Assembly (NCBI GenBank): GCA_964494105.1
Contig: CAZBQI010000001.1
Span: 67,126 to 131,125 of the forward strand
Direction of reading: 5' to 3'
From: an uncultured Candidatus Saccharibacteria bacterium
Lineage (GTDB): Bacteria > Patescibacteriota > Saccharimonadia > CAZBQI01
DNA: 64,000 bases
In this document: piece after piece, positions 48,438-57,974 of the stretch
Layout: the number at the start of each line of letters is the position of its first letter
Position numbering within the stretch: the first letter of the stretch is position 1
Translations under genes and position numbers: made by a program
The notes under the pieces: generated by a model
What the model saw: the letters and a program-made list of their open reading frames with translations, nothing else
What the model was told of the DNA's origin: nothing
The model's database searches: none

Positions 48438-50414
48438 ATGAATCCATCAAAACCAACTAACAATCCGAACACCCAAGGGCAAAAGCGCCAGCCGGGTAGT
48501 GGCGGGGGCGCCGCCGGACGGGCAGCTAGGCGCAATCGAGAAATGGCTAGCAAACTGACAAGTAAACACGCCAGTGTTTCTGATGCCGAAAAGGCACGAT
48601 TAATAATGCAAAAAAAGCAAAACGGCAATTCGGTGTTTGCTCAAAGCGGATTAAAACTCACACCAATTGGCGGGCAAGACGAAATTGGTAGTAAAAACAT
48701 GCAAATAATTGAGTACGGAAACGATGCGATTGTAGTAGATTGTGGCAATAATTTAGGCGTGGACTTGCCGGGTATTAATTACACAATCAATGATTCTACG
48801 TACCTAGAGTCTATAAAGCATAAAATTCGTGGCTATATTATTACGCACGGTCACCTAGACCACATCGGTGGTATTCGCCATATTTTGCCCAAAGCTCCGG
48901 GCCCCGTGTATGGTACGCAGTTTACGATTGGTATGATTGAAAAGCAGTTCGAAGGCGAAACTTTTGACCTACAAAAAGTCATACTCAACTCTGACAACCA
49001 CGACCGCGTAAAGGTCGGACCATTTATGGTTGAGGCTATTCGGGTTACCCACTCAATTCCAGACTGCACATTAATGGTGATAGAAACTCCGGTTGGTAAA
49101 ATTGTACACACAGGTGACTTTCGATTAGACCCAGAACCGCTTGATCGTATGCCAACTGATTTGGCTCGTATAAATGAAGTTTGCAAAGACGGAGTGTTAT
49201 TGTTGCTCTCGGATAGCACTAATGCCGGAAAGCCGGGGCGCGTTAAGACCGAGGATACCTTAAGGCAAAGCTTTAAAGATATTATTGCTCATGCAAGAGG
49301 GCGCGTAATAGCGTCATTCTTCTCAACCAATATGAACCGAACTCAGATGACGATTGATGCCGCCGTAGCTGCTGGGCGCCGGGTGGCTGTTGATGGGCGG
49401 GGAATGCTCTCGACCATCGAAATAGCCGTTAAACTTGGCTACATTCGCATACCTAAAGGCACCATTGTTCCTATTCGAGATGTCCCGCGCATGCAAGATA
49501 GCGACGTGGTTATAATTTGCACTGGTGGCCAGGGCGAAGAAAACGCAGCACTGGTGCGTATGTCGACGGGCGAACACCAGCACGTAAAGCTAAAGCGAGA
49601 CGACACGGTTATTATTAGCTCAACTCCAATACCTGGAAATGAGCGTTCGTATCAGGATATTTCAGGTAATTTAGCGCAAATTGGGGTGCACTTGTTTCGG
49701 GCTATCACTACAGAAGTAGATGGTTGTGGCCCGTTACATGTTTCGGGGCACGCTAACCGAGATGAATTGGCAGAGATGATTGAAATGGTCAAACCAAAGT
49801 ACGTGATGCCAGTTCACGGTAGCCCCCTCGATCGCAGGTATCACCAACAATTAGCTATTCAATCTGGCATTCCAGAATTAAATGCATTAATGGTTAGTAA
49901 CGGTGACACTCTGGAATACAAGAATGACAAACTAGAAATTACTGGGCGCGTGCCAATTGGTGCGCATTTGGTAGATCAAACCGGCAATGTAGTGCCAGAC
50001 TTAGTTATTCACGATCGATTACTAATGAGCGAAGATGGTATTGTGGTGGTAGTACTAACAATCGATAAAAAGAACTCTCAACTGTTAACAAGCCCCGATA
50101 TCATAACTCGTGGGTTTATCTATATGAAAGAAAACGAGGTACTAATGAATGAATTGCGCAACGAACTACGTCGCTTTAGTTTGAGGCGATTTTCGCGGGT
50201 AGACCTGGTGCGATTTAAGCAAGAGTTGCGTGATCACGTAAACAACTTTTTGTTTCAGAATACTCAGCGCTCACCCATTATCATTCCGGTGGTAAATGCC
50301 GTTGGTTCAGGGGGGAATGCACAGCCGCAGTCAAATTCTAATGCCCAAAGACGACCGCAATCTCAATCGCGCTCGCCGAGGCCAAATAATCCGAGACAAG
50401 TTAACAATGGCTAG
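48438..50414 (+). CDS. rnj: Ribonuclease J
   Basis: PIGGQDEIG, ITHGHLDHIGG, THSIPD, HTGDF, HVSGHA, PVHG. Confidence 0.95.
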   Translation: MNPSKPTNNPNTQGQKRQPGSGGGAAGRAARRNREMASKLTSKHASVSDAEKARLIMQKKQNGNSVFAQSGLKLTPIGGQDEIGSKNMQIIEYGNDAIVVDCGNNLGVDLPGINYTINDSTYLESIKHKIRGYIITHGHLDHIGGIRHILPKAPGPVYGTQFTIGMIEKQFEGETFDLQKVILNSDNHDRVKVGPFMVEAIRVTHSIPDCTLMVIETPVGKIVHTGDFRLDPEPLDRMPTDLARINEVCKDGVLLLLSDSTNAGKPGRVKTEDTLRQSFKDIIAHARGRVIASFFSTNMNRTQMTIDAAVAAGRRVAVDGRGMLSTIEIAVKLGYIRIPKGTIVPIRDVPRMQDSDVVIICTGGQGEENAALVRMSTGEHQHVKLKRDDTVIISSTPIPGNERSYQDISGNLAQIGVHLFRAITTEVDGCGPLHVSGHANRDELAEMIEMVKPKYVMPVHGSPLDRRYHQQLAIQSGIPELNALMVSNGDTLEYKNDKLEITGRVPIGAHLVDQTGNVVPDLVIHDRLLMSEDGIVVVVLTIDKKNSQLLTSPDIITRGFIYMKENEVLMNELRNELRRFSLRRFSRVDLVRFKQELRDHVNNFLFQNTQRSPIIIPVVNAVGSGGNAQPQSNSNAQRRPQSQSRSPRPNNPRQVNNG

Positions 50415-50687
50415 CATTGAGATGCTTGGTCTTCTGGCGGGGGCGATCAACATCTGTTCGTTTATTCCATAATAATTAAATCGTAAATAATTAAATCGTA
50501 TCGGACAAAAGAAACGCGGTATCTTTCGTTGTTGACTTTTGTCTCGTTATTAGTTGGCACGGTACTTTGGTTTATTTATGGCGTAGCTATTAATCGTGCG
50601 TCTGTCTACATAACCAACGGCGTTTTTCTGTGTTTGCTGGCGGTTATTGTTTTTCAGGAGCTTCATTACAATAAGCGAAAACGATAG
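50407..50687 (+). pseudogene. Disrupted SemiSWEET/PQ-loop gene
   Basis: MASIEMLGLLAGAINICSFIP* then a shifted frame IIKSYRTKETRYLS...WFIYG...ITNG...; break at a tandem 15-bp duplication AATAATTAAATCGTA (50471-50500). Confidence 0.85.
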
Positions 50688-50731
50688 AATACCGGTAGCA
50701 ATTGCCCCATATACAGCGCTATAATAAGGCA

Positions 50732-52861
50732 ATGGCTAAACGAAAAAGCTCAAAAAAATCAGCATCAAAAAAGAAGCTCGAGAAAAAGTCAGGTTTTAAT
50801 AGTGAACTTGTACCTGAGATAATCGCGATACTATTAGTACTAGTTGCGATACTATTGGTTGTGGCCTTTTTTGGAGCTGGTGGTGCATTGAGTGCCGGTT
50901 TGCTTCGAGGTTTACGGCTGGTGATGGGTTTGGCTGCTTACTTATTGCCGTTTTTATTGGTATACATTGCCTGGCAACTATTTCAAAAAAACGAAGACTC
51001 TTCTTTCGGTGGATTTAGCTATCTTGGTTTGGCGCTTATCATTTTGGCGGCTGCGGGGCTTTTTCATGTTGGTATCAGCTCGAGTGAAGCACTTTCGGTG
51101 GCTCGTTCGGGCGGAGGCGGTGGTTTTTTGGGCTATGTTGAGCACCAGGCATTGTTAGCACTCTTTAACGTCTTTACCTCAACAATTGTATTGATAGCGG
51201 TTGGATTGATCGGCATTATTTTGGCAGCGAATGTAAAGCTCAGCGAATTAATATCCGGCCTATTTAAGCGTGAAGAAAATGAAGATTTGGCTAGTCAGTT
51301 AGCCAAGCAGGATGGTTCCCCCGGCAAATTAACAATTTCTGCCAAGGTGCCTCTAGAAACCGGTGGTGGTAGTAGCGAAAGCAATTCGCCAAAAGAAGAC
51401 GCTGTAGTACTAACAGCCAGCGCAGACCCGGACTGGAAACTACCCCCACTTGATATTCTGGAAGAAAAACAAGGCAAAGCTGATGCCGGCAAGCCGGAAG
51501 AAAACGCTGAAATTATTCATTCCACTCTTTCAAGTTTTGGAATTGAGGCAACCATGCAGGAAGTAAATATTGGTCCAACGGTAACTCAATACACCCTCAA
51601 ACCGGCAAGTGGAGTACGCCTTAGTAAGATATCTGAGCTAGCCAGCAACTTAGAGCTTTCGCTGGCAGCTCACCCAATTAGAATTGAAGCGCCAATCCCC
51701 GGAAAAAGCGCAGTTGGGCTGGAAGTACCAAATCACAAGGCGGCCACCGTTCGGCTAAAGCCAATTCTGCAGTCAAGCGAATGGGGATCACGAAAAAGCC
51801 CGCTAAGTTTTGTGCTGGGTCGCGATATTGCGGGGCAGGCAATAGTGGCTGATTTGATTAGTATGCCACACCTGTTAATTGCCGGTGCCACCGGTTCCGG
51901 TAAATCGGTTATGATTAATACTTTCTTGTTAAGTTTGCTATATCGAAATTCACCGGCAGACTTAAAGTTAATTTTGGTTGATCCAAAGCGTGTCGAACTA
52001 AGTTTGTACGAAGACATACCGCACTTGCTAGCACCGGTAATTGTAGAACCGGAAAAATGTATTTCAGCCCTAAAGTGGGCAACCGCCGAGATGGAACGTC
52101 GCTATAGCGTATTTGCCGAACAGCACAAAAGAAACATTGCTGAATATAATACAGCTAACAAAAACGAAACCATGCCCTACATTGTGGTTGTTATAGATGA
52201 GTTGGCAGATTTAATGAGTTTAGCCGCAAACGACGTAGAAAGTTTGATTGTCCGCTTGGCACAGAAAGCTCGTGCAACCGGTATTCACTTGGTACTAGCT
52301 ACACAGCGACCGAGCGTAAACGTTATTACGGGGCTCATTAAGGCCAATGTGCCGGCTCGTATTGCTTTCAGCACGGTTAGCCAGGTGGATTCACGTACCA
52401 TCATTGATCAAGCCGGGGCTGAAAAGCTACTGGGTAAAGGCGATATGCTGTTCTTGGCGCCGGATTTTGTTAAATCAAGGCGAATTCAGGGTGTGCTGAT
52501 TGATGAAAAAGAAGTTAAAGGTGTAACTGACTTCTTACGCAATGCTCGCGAACCACAATACAATGAAGAAGTGTTATCGCAGGATGTGCGTCTGGGTGGA
52601 GGTAAGGGTAGTTTTGGCGCTGTTGACGATGTTGACGACAGTTTGTTTCTCGATGCGGCCCAATTAGTTATCGAAAGTCGCAAGGCCAGCGCCAGCTTAC
52701 TACAGCGTCGTTTGAGGGTTGGCTATGCCAGAGCGGCGCGATTGCTCGATATGTTAGAGGAGCGCGGTATTGTCTCGGCTCCGGATGGATCACGTCCACG
52801 AGATGTTTTAGCTACAAGCATGAGTGAAGTTATGGGGGAAGATGCGGAACCCCAGACCTAA
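50732..52861 (+). CDS. ftsK: DNA translocase FtsK/SpoIIIE
   Basis: 4TM N-terminus, PHLLIAGATGSGKS, IDELADLM, LATQRPS, gamma domain LQRRLRVGYARAARL; start MAKRK. Confidence 0.97.
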   Translation: MAKRKSSKKSASKKKLEKKSGFNSELVPEIIAILLVLVAILLVVAFFGAGGALSAGLLRGLRLVMGLAAYLLPFLLVYIAWQLFQKNEDSSFGGFSYLGLALIILAAAGLFHVGISSSEALSVARSGGGGGFLGYVEHQALLALFNVFTSTIVLIAVGLIGIILAANVKLSELISGLFKREENEDLASQLAKQDGSPGKLTISAKVPLETGGGSSESNSPKEDAVVLTASADPDWKLPPLDILEEKQGKADAGKPEENAEIIHSTLSSFGIEATMQEVNIGPTVTQYTLKPASGVRLSKISELASNLELSLAAHPIRIEAPIPGKSAVGLEVPNHKAATVRLKPILQSSEWGSRKSPLSFVLGRDIAGQAIVADLISMPHLLIAGATGSGKSVMINTFLLSLLYRNSPADLKLILVDPKRVELSLYEDIPHLLAPVIVEPEKCISALKWATAEMERRYSVFAEQHKRNIAEYNTANKNETMPYIVVVIDELADLMSLAANDVESLIVRLAQKARATGIHLVLATQRPSVNVITGLIKANVPARIAFSTVSQVDSRTIIDQAGAEKLLGKGDMLFLAPDFVKSRRIQGVLIDEKEVKGVTDFLRNAREPQYNEEVLSQDVRLGGGKGSFGAVDDVDDSLFLDAAQLVIESRKASASLLQRRLRVGYARAARLLDMLEERGIVSAPDGSRPRDVLATSMSEVMGEDAEPQT

Positions 52862-53579
52862 AAATCAGAATAAAAATATATTCAAACAGCCGCCCAAGGC
52901 TCCCAAATTACCAAAAATAACCAGGGAACAAGAGGCGGCTGGTCACTTCTTTACGGGTAGCGTTGGTCAGACTCTGCGCAAACGACGCGAGGAATTTGGC
53001 CTTGGGTTTGAATCGATTGCTTCTGAAACGAAAATTCAGCCCAAGTACCTAGAAGCTATCGAAAAAAGCGCATGGAATCAGTTGCCTCATACAGTTCATG
53101 CTTTGGGTTTTGTGCGCCAATATGCAAGAGCCCTGGGTTTGGACGCTGAGGTTGCTGCCACCAAGTACTTATTAGAACGGGGCCCGCTGGCTACTGCTCC
53201 AAGCAGGGCACCGACAAGACGTGTGCAACGAGCGATTGTTGGTACTCGGGTATTCATAGGGGGCGGAATTGCAATCTTGGTAGTAGGAGTTATTGGATAT
53301 TTACTAATTCAGTTATCGGTGCTGGCGGCACCGCCAAAACTTGAGGTTACACAGCCACCCGGAGATGTTGAAATTAGGGAAGCCGATTACGAAATAGTAG
53401 GTAGTACGACAATCTCGGCTAGCGTGACTGTTAATGGCTCGGCCATTACAGTTGGTGATGACGGTAGCTTCAAAACTAATGTCAGCTTGCAGGACGGTCT
53501 AAATACTGTCAGGGTAGAATCTACCAATCGTGCCGGCAAGACCTCTCGCGTCGAGCGCAACATTCTGGTTAAGAACTAG
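52842..53579 (+). CDS. RodZ-like HTH + TM + Ig-like domain protein
   Basis: VGQTLRKRRE, YLEAIE...LP....GFVRQYARALGLD; follows ftsK. Confidence 0.8.
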   Translation: MRNPRPKNQNKNIFKQPPKAPKLPKITREQEAAGHFFTGSVGQTLRKRREEFGLGFESIASETKIQPKYLEAIEKSAWNQLPHTVHALGFVRQYARALGLDAEVAATKYLLERGPLATAPSRAPTRRVQRAIVGTRVFIGGGIAILVVGVIGYLLIQLSVLAAPPKLEVTQPPGDVEIREADYEIVGSTTISASVTVNGSAITVGDDGSFKTNVSLQDGLNTVRVESTNRAGKTSRVERNILVKN

Positions 53580-53596
53580 TCTGTTATAATTTGCCA

Positions 53597-54457
53597 ATGA
53601 ATTGGATTACTGCTAGCTTACTGATGTTCGCATCATCAGTTGCTCTCTATTTGGTGGTTCGGAAAGCGACACTTTTAAAGGTGCCGACGCACATTACCAA
53701 TTTAGCGATGTTCACAATTCCATTGGTTTTCTTTGTGTTGTTGCATGCTGGCAAAGGGGAATCCTACTCAGTGTCATTCAGTGGAATCGCTATACTTCTG
53801 CTTGCCGGTATAATTTTTGCTTTTGGCGGTAACACTGCTTCTTTGCGCGCAATCAAAGAGGCGCCGAATCCGGGTTATAGCCTTGTACTGTCAAAAAGCT
53901 ATGTTTTGTTTACGACTATAGTTGCTCTAATTATTTTCAATGCCGAACTATCAATACGAAAGGCAATTGGAATTTTAGTTATCGTTGGTTTTTCGGCACT
54001 CATTATGGTCGATCCATCTAAGACTAAAAAAATGGCGAAAAAGAATCACTGGCTTGCTCTCTCGATAGGTGCATTTTTTGCCTGGGGTTCATTATCACTC
54101 TCCGCTAAGTACCTGTTTAATAATGGCCTTGGTACATATACGTTCTTACTTTATCTTTATCTGGTAGTCACGATATGCATACTAATAAAACTGTTTGTCG
54201 ATCGGCAGAAACTATATCATATTATGGATCATAAATGGGTACTGTTATTTATTGGAATATTCTCTACGACTTTTAATTTATTTCAGTTTGAGGCAATTAA
54301 GTTGGCACCAAATATTGGGTATGTTAATGCAATAAACGCTGGTTCAATCGCGCTTGTGACTGTACTGGCCGTTCTTGTATTTAAAGATGACTTTTCGATT
54401 AAGAAATTTATTGGTGTAGTCGGTGTGATCGCCGGTATAATTATGCTACTTGTATAA
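53597..54457 (+). CDS. EamA/DMT family transporter (two repeats)
   Basis: About 10 TMs, duplicated APN.GY motif; ATG at 53597. Confidence 0.85.
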   Translation: MNWITASLLMFASSVALYLVVRKATLLKVPTHITNLAMFTIPLVFFVLLHAGKGESYSVSFSGIAILLLAGIIFAFGGNTASLRAIKEAPNPGYSLVLSKSYVLFTTIVALIIFNAELSIRKAIGILVIVGFSALIMVDPSKTKKMAKKNHWLALSIGAFFAWGSLSLSAKYLFNNGLGTYTFLLYLYLVVTICILIKLFVDRQKLYHIMDHKWVLLFIGIFSTTFNLFQFEAIKLAPNIGYVNAINAGSIALVTVLAVLVFKDDFSIKKFIGVVGVIAGIIMLLV

Positions 54458-54461
54458 ACGC

Positions 54462-54560
54462 TTGACCCCCTGTTAGTTAATCAGATACAATTAGTCTCTA
54501 TTAAATAAACCCTTATCTGCTTGTGGCAAATGGTCTACAGGCAAGCCCAAGGAAAGGAGT
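54462..54560 (+). promoter_or_regulatory. rpsF promoter and probable S6:S18-type leader hairpin
   Basis: TTGACC-18-TACAAT (54462-91); CCTT..GCTTG/CAAGC-CC-AAGG hairpin adjoining SD AAGGAG. Confidence 0.45.
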
Positions 54561-54564
54561 TATC

Positions 54565-55026
54565 TTGACTCAATACGAATTAGCAGTAATTCTGCACCCG
54601 GATCTCGAGATAGATCTAGAAAAGCCGCTCAAGAAAATTGAAAAATTCATCACAGAGAGTGATGGCAAAGTTGTCAATCGAGACGACTGGGGTAAACGCA
54701 AGCTAGCCTACCCGATTAAAAAACAGGGGTTTGGCTTATATTTTATTTATCTTTTAGATTTGCCACCTTCGGCTGTAAACCGCCTAGAAAAAAATCTTAA
54801 TATTGCCGACGAAGTTATTCGTCATCTGTTAGTGAAATACGTTGAACCACCGGTACCCGAGGAAAAAGAAGAAAAAGAAGCTGCAAAATCGGATGAGTCA
54901 GTAGCTAAATCCGAAAAGAAAGTCGTAAAATCGACCAACCCCGACGTTTCAGTCGGGGCTACGAGCTCTCGCAATAGCGAGGCGCCAGAGAAGAGTACTA
55001 AAGCTAAGGAAAAGGGAGAAAAATAA
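54565..55026 (+). CDS. rpsF: 30S ribosomal protein S6 with long charged tail
   Basis: YELAVILHP, WGKRKLAYPIKK, VIRHL; TTG start at 54565 after SD. Confidence 0.95.
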   Translation: MTQYELAVILHPDLEIDLEKPLKKIEKFITESDGKVVNRDDWGKRKLAYPIKKQGFGLYFIYLLDLPPSAVNRLEKNLNIADEVIRHLLVKYVEPPVPEEKEEKEAAKSDESVAKSEKKVVKSTNPDVSVGATSSRNSEAPEKSTKAKEKGEK

Positions 55027-55505
55027 TGGCACGTAGCTTTAACCAAGTAATTTTAGTTGGTAATTTAACTCGCGATCCGGAGATGCGAACAATTCCTTCT
55101 GGGCAAAGTGTAACTAGTTTCGGGGTAGCCACTAGTCGCTCCTGGAAAAGCCAAGACAGCGATGAGTGGCAAGAACAGACCGAGTTTCACAATGTGGTTG
55201 TCTGGGGCCGTCAGGGCGAAACAGCCGCGCAGTATCTGAGCAAGGGGCGAAAAGTGATGATTGTAGGTCGCTTGCAAACCCGCAGTTGGGAAAGCGAAGA
55301 CGGTAAAAAGAACTATCGTACCGAAATAGTTGCTGAGCAAGTTAATTTTCTTGATGGTCGCGGCAAAGGCGACGGAGATGATGGTGGCTTTAACCAAGAG
55401 GCGACAGCAAATAATGATAAGTCCAAGAAACCGGCCAAGAAAGACGAAAAAGTTGAAATCGAAGATCTTGGTGACGACGTAGATTTAAGTGAAATACCAT
55501 TCTAG
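55026..55505 (+). CDS. ssb: Single-stranded DNA-binding protein
   Basis: NQVILVGNLTRDPE, GRLQTRSW, acidic tail ending EIPF. Confidence 0.98.
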   Translation: MARSFNQVILVGNLTRDPEMRTIPSGQSVTSFGVATSRSWKSQDSDEWQEQTEFHNVVVWGRQGETAAQYLSKGRKVMIVGRLQTRSWESEDGKKNYRTEIVAEQVNFLDGRGKGDGDDGGFNQEATANNDKSKKPAKKDEKVEIEDLGDDVDLSEIPF

Positions 55506-55510
55506 TATGA

Positions 55511-55616
55511 AAATATCAATAATCAAGCACCAAAAAACAAATAATTTCCAAATTCAAAAAATAGAGAATTGCTACATGAATATTGTTTGTAGTTTGGAAT
55601 TTGATATTTGTAATTT
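55511..55616. repeat. AT-rich imperfect inverted repeat with 7-nt periodicity
   Basis: Left arm aaatatc/aataatc/aagcacc/aaaaaac/aaataat; reverse complement of right arm aaattac/aaatatc/aaattcc/aaactac/aaacaat. Confidence 0.7.
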
Positions 55617-55637
55617 ACCAACCGAAGGGAGTTCGTA

Positions 55638-55862
55638 ATGGCAGAAAGAGATGACAACAGACGAGACAACAACAAACGACGACCTAGGGCGCCAGACTTT
55701 ATAGATTATAAAGACGTAAAAGTACTACAGCGCTATGTAAATATCTATGGTCAAATAGAATCGCGTCGTCGCAGTAATATGAGCGGTAAGCAACAGCATC
55801 AGCTAGCCGTGGCTATCAAGCGAGCCCGACACTTGGCTCTCTTGCCATTTGTTGCGGAGTAA
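55638..55862 (+). CDS. rpsR: 30S ribosomal protein S18 (Cys-free form)
   Basis: [29 protein letters not shown]. Confidence 0.97.
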   Translation: MAERDDNRRDNNKRRPRAPDFIDYKDVKVLQRYVNIYGQIESRRRSNMSGKQQHQLAVAIKRARHLALLPFVAE

Positions 55863-55865
55863 ATT

Positions 55866-56423
55866 GTGGCTGATTTAGGCGTGCTCAAGAAAGATGCACT
55901 GATACAGATTAACTCACAGCCATATCGGATTTTAGAATCTCAACATTCAAAGCAAGCCAGAGGCAGTGCAGTGGTACGGGTAAAACTTAAAAACCTAATT
56001 GATGGCAGTGTTCGGCAAGAAACCTTTCAGGGCAGCGACAAGATTGAATCTGCTAATGTCCAAAAAGTAGATATGCAGTATTTGTATCGAGAAGGTAGCA
56101 CTCTTCATTTAATGGATACAAATAGCTTTGCACAAGAACAAGTTGAGGCGGCCATGATAGGTGACGCGACAAAGTTCTTAATTGAAGGTATGAATGTGAT
56201 GGCCCTACATTATAACGGTCGAATTATTGGGCTTGAATTGCCAAAAAAACTGAGTGTAAAAATCGCCAAAACTGAACCGGCTGTTCGTGGTGACACCTCA
56301 AAGGCAGCCCTAAAAAAGGCAGAGCTAGAGAACGGTACAATTGTCGACGTACCTCTGTTTATTGGTCCGGGTGTTGTTGTAAAAATTGACACTCGTGATG
56401 GAAAATACGTTGAACGTGGATAA
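55866..56423 (+). CDS. efp: Elongation factor P
   Basis: QYLY, TEPAVRGDT, VPLFI, KIDTRDGKYVER. Confidence 0.95.
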   Translation: MADLGVLKKDALIQINSQPYRILESQHSKQARGSAVVRVKLKNLIDGSVRQETFQGSDKIESANVQKVDMQYLYREGSTLHLMDTNSFAQEQVEAAMIGDATKFLIEGMNVMALHYNGRIIGLELPKKLSVKIAKTEPAVRGDTSKAALKKAELENGTIVDVPLFIGPGVVVKIDTRDGKYVERG

Positions 56424-56502
56424 TGTTCCGGCGGAAGCCGTTAGCAGTACTTATGCCCAGACTTATCCATAAGTTCTGCGAATACATTAATTACTCATTA
56501 GC

Positions 56503-57237
56503 ATGAAAAAAGCTCGACTAGATGAGATTGTTTTTAAGCGAGGCTATGCTACCTCCAAAACTCAAGCAGCAGCACTTATTATGGCTGGCAGTGTATTTGT
56601 CGAGGGCAAATTACACACTAAACCAGGGCACTCATTGCCAGCGGATGTAGAAATTCACTTAAAAGAGGCCCAACGCTACGTGAGTCGAGCTGCCCTAAAA
56701 CTGGAAAGCGTAGTACAGAAGCTTTCGTTGCATTTCAAAGACAAGGTAGTTCTAGATATCGGTTCCTCTACCGGTGGCTTTACCGATTACGCCTTGCAAC
56801 ATGGGGCAAAAAAGGTATATGCAATTGATGTAGGAACTAATCAGCTCGACTCTCGCTTGCGTGGAAACGAAAAAATTGACTTGCGCGAGAAGACTGATAT
56901 TCGAGACGTACACGAACTGCCAGATAAAATCGACATCGCCCTAGCAGATGTGTCTTTTATAAGCTTGCGAAAGATTTTGCCTGGTATTAGGCAGTTGCTA
57001 AAGCCAAATGCAATGATTGTCGCCATGGTTAAGCCGCAGTTTGAAGCCGACAGGCAAACGGCCAGTATGCATAAAGGTGTTATTAAGAACAATCGGATAA
57101 GGCGAGAAATCTTGAGGCAGTTCGAAGACTGGACGAAAAGCGACTTTATAATTGATGCCAAGGCAGATTCAGCGGTGGCCGGAGCAAAAGGTAATGTTGA
57201 GCGATTCTATCTGTTACGAGTAGTAAAAAAGCTTTAA
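56503..57237 (+). CDS. tlyA: TlyA family RNA methyltransferase
   Basis: S4 domain RLD, YVSRAALKL, DIGSSTGGFTD, DVSFISL, KPQFEA, GNVE. Confidence 0.95.
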   Translation: MKKARLDEIVFKRGYATSKTQAAALIMAGSVFVEGKLHTKPGHSLPADVEIHLKEAQRYVSRAALKLESVVQKLSLHFKDKVVLDIGSSTGGFTDYALQHGAKKVYAIDVGTNQLDSRLRGNEKIDLREKTDIRDVHELPDKIDIALADVSFISLRKILPGIRQLLKPNAMIVAMVKPQFEADRQTASMHKGVIKNNRIRREILRQFEDWTKSDFIIDAKADSAVAGAKGNVERFYLLRVVKKL

Positions 57238-57271
57238 TAATTACGCAAATTGGCCTAGTATTAAAACGAAT

Positions 57272-57967
57272 ATGCTTAATACCTTACCGACAAATGTAAT
57301 ACCATCCTTCTTAATCGGTTTGTCTAGCGTGTTTTTCGGTATACGGGGATTGTTACACTATCGACGCTTGCGTTCGCCACTTTCGCTTTATTATTCGCTA
57401 TGTGCCTTATTTGTAGGAATCTCCGCACTATTTTACTCATTGCCATTTGTGTTTACCCAGGCGGATGTACCACTCAAAACGACCACCATTATTGGCGATC
57501 TTTTTTACTACGCAACAGCCGTAATGTGCGGAAGAATAATCTGGTATTTGGGATTAAAGAAAAGGGTGGCTTTTGGTTGGGTATTGGCGCCAATACTGGC
57601 AATATGTACTTTTTCGCTAATCGTGTTCGTTGTCGATATTCAGCAGCTTACCTACCAGGTGGTAGATGGATTGGCAGATTATCCCATACCCCCGTTCTCT
57701 AGCTGGCTAATGGCATTTATTACATTACTAATAATAATTGTAGCTGTTTTGACTATTATTCAAGCCAAAGTCATCGAGGATGCGCGCCAAAGATATAGAT
57801 TGTATTCGATCGGGATTGCCTTTGGGTTGGGCGGTATATTTGCCATAATTAATTTCTTGTTTTTTCAGGGCAATAACTCTTCACCAATCTCCATTATTGG
57901 CTACATTGTTGCAGCATCTATACTGTTTTTTGGGCTGGTTTTTGTAAGTCGGCGTAGTTCGAGATAG
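57272..57967 (+). CDS. 7-TM membrane protein, paralogue 1
   Basis: Seven hydrophobic segments; colinear with the next ORF. Confidence 0.75.
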   Translation: MLNTLPTNVIPSFLIGLSSVFFGIRGLLHYRRLRSPLSLYYSLCALFVGISALFYSLPFVFTQADVPLKTTTIIGDLFYYATAVMCGRIIWYLGLKKRVAFGWVLAPILAICTFSLIVFVVDIQQLTYQVVDGLADYPIPPFSSWLMAFITLLIIIVAVLTIIQAKVIEDARQRYRLYSIGIAFGLGGIFAIINFLFFQGNNSSPISIIGYIVAASILFFGLVFVSRRSSR

Positions 57968-57974
57968 ACCGAGG

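Noticed and set aside
50550-50732. 60-aa minus-strand ORF from the track
   Set aside because: It is antisense to the SemiSWEET pseudogene remnant, which has clear family motifs on the + strand.
55507-55637. CRISPR array or tRNA
   Set aside because: Units are degenerate 7-mers with no spacers; no cloverleaf or T-loop motif.
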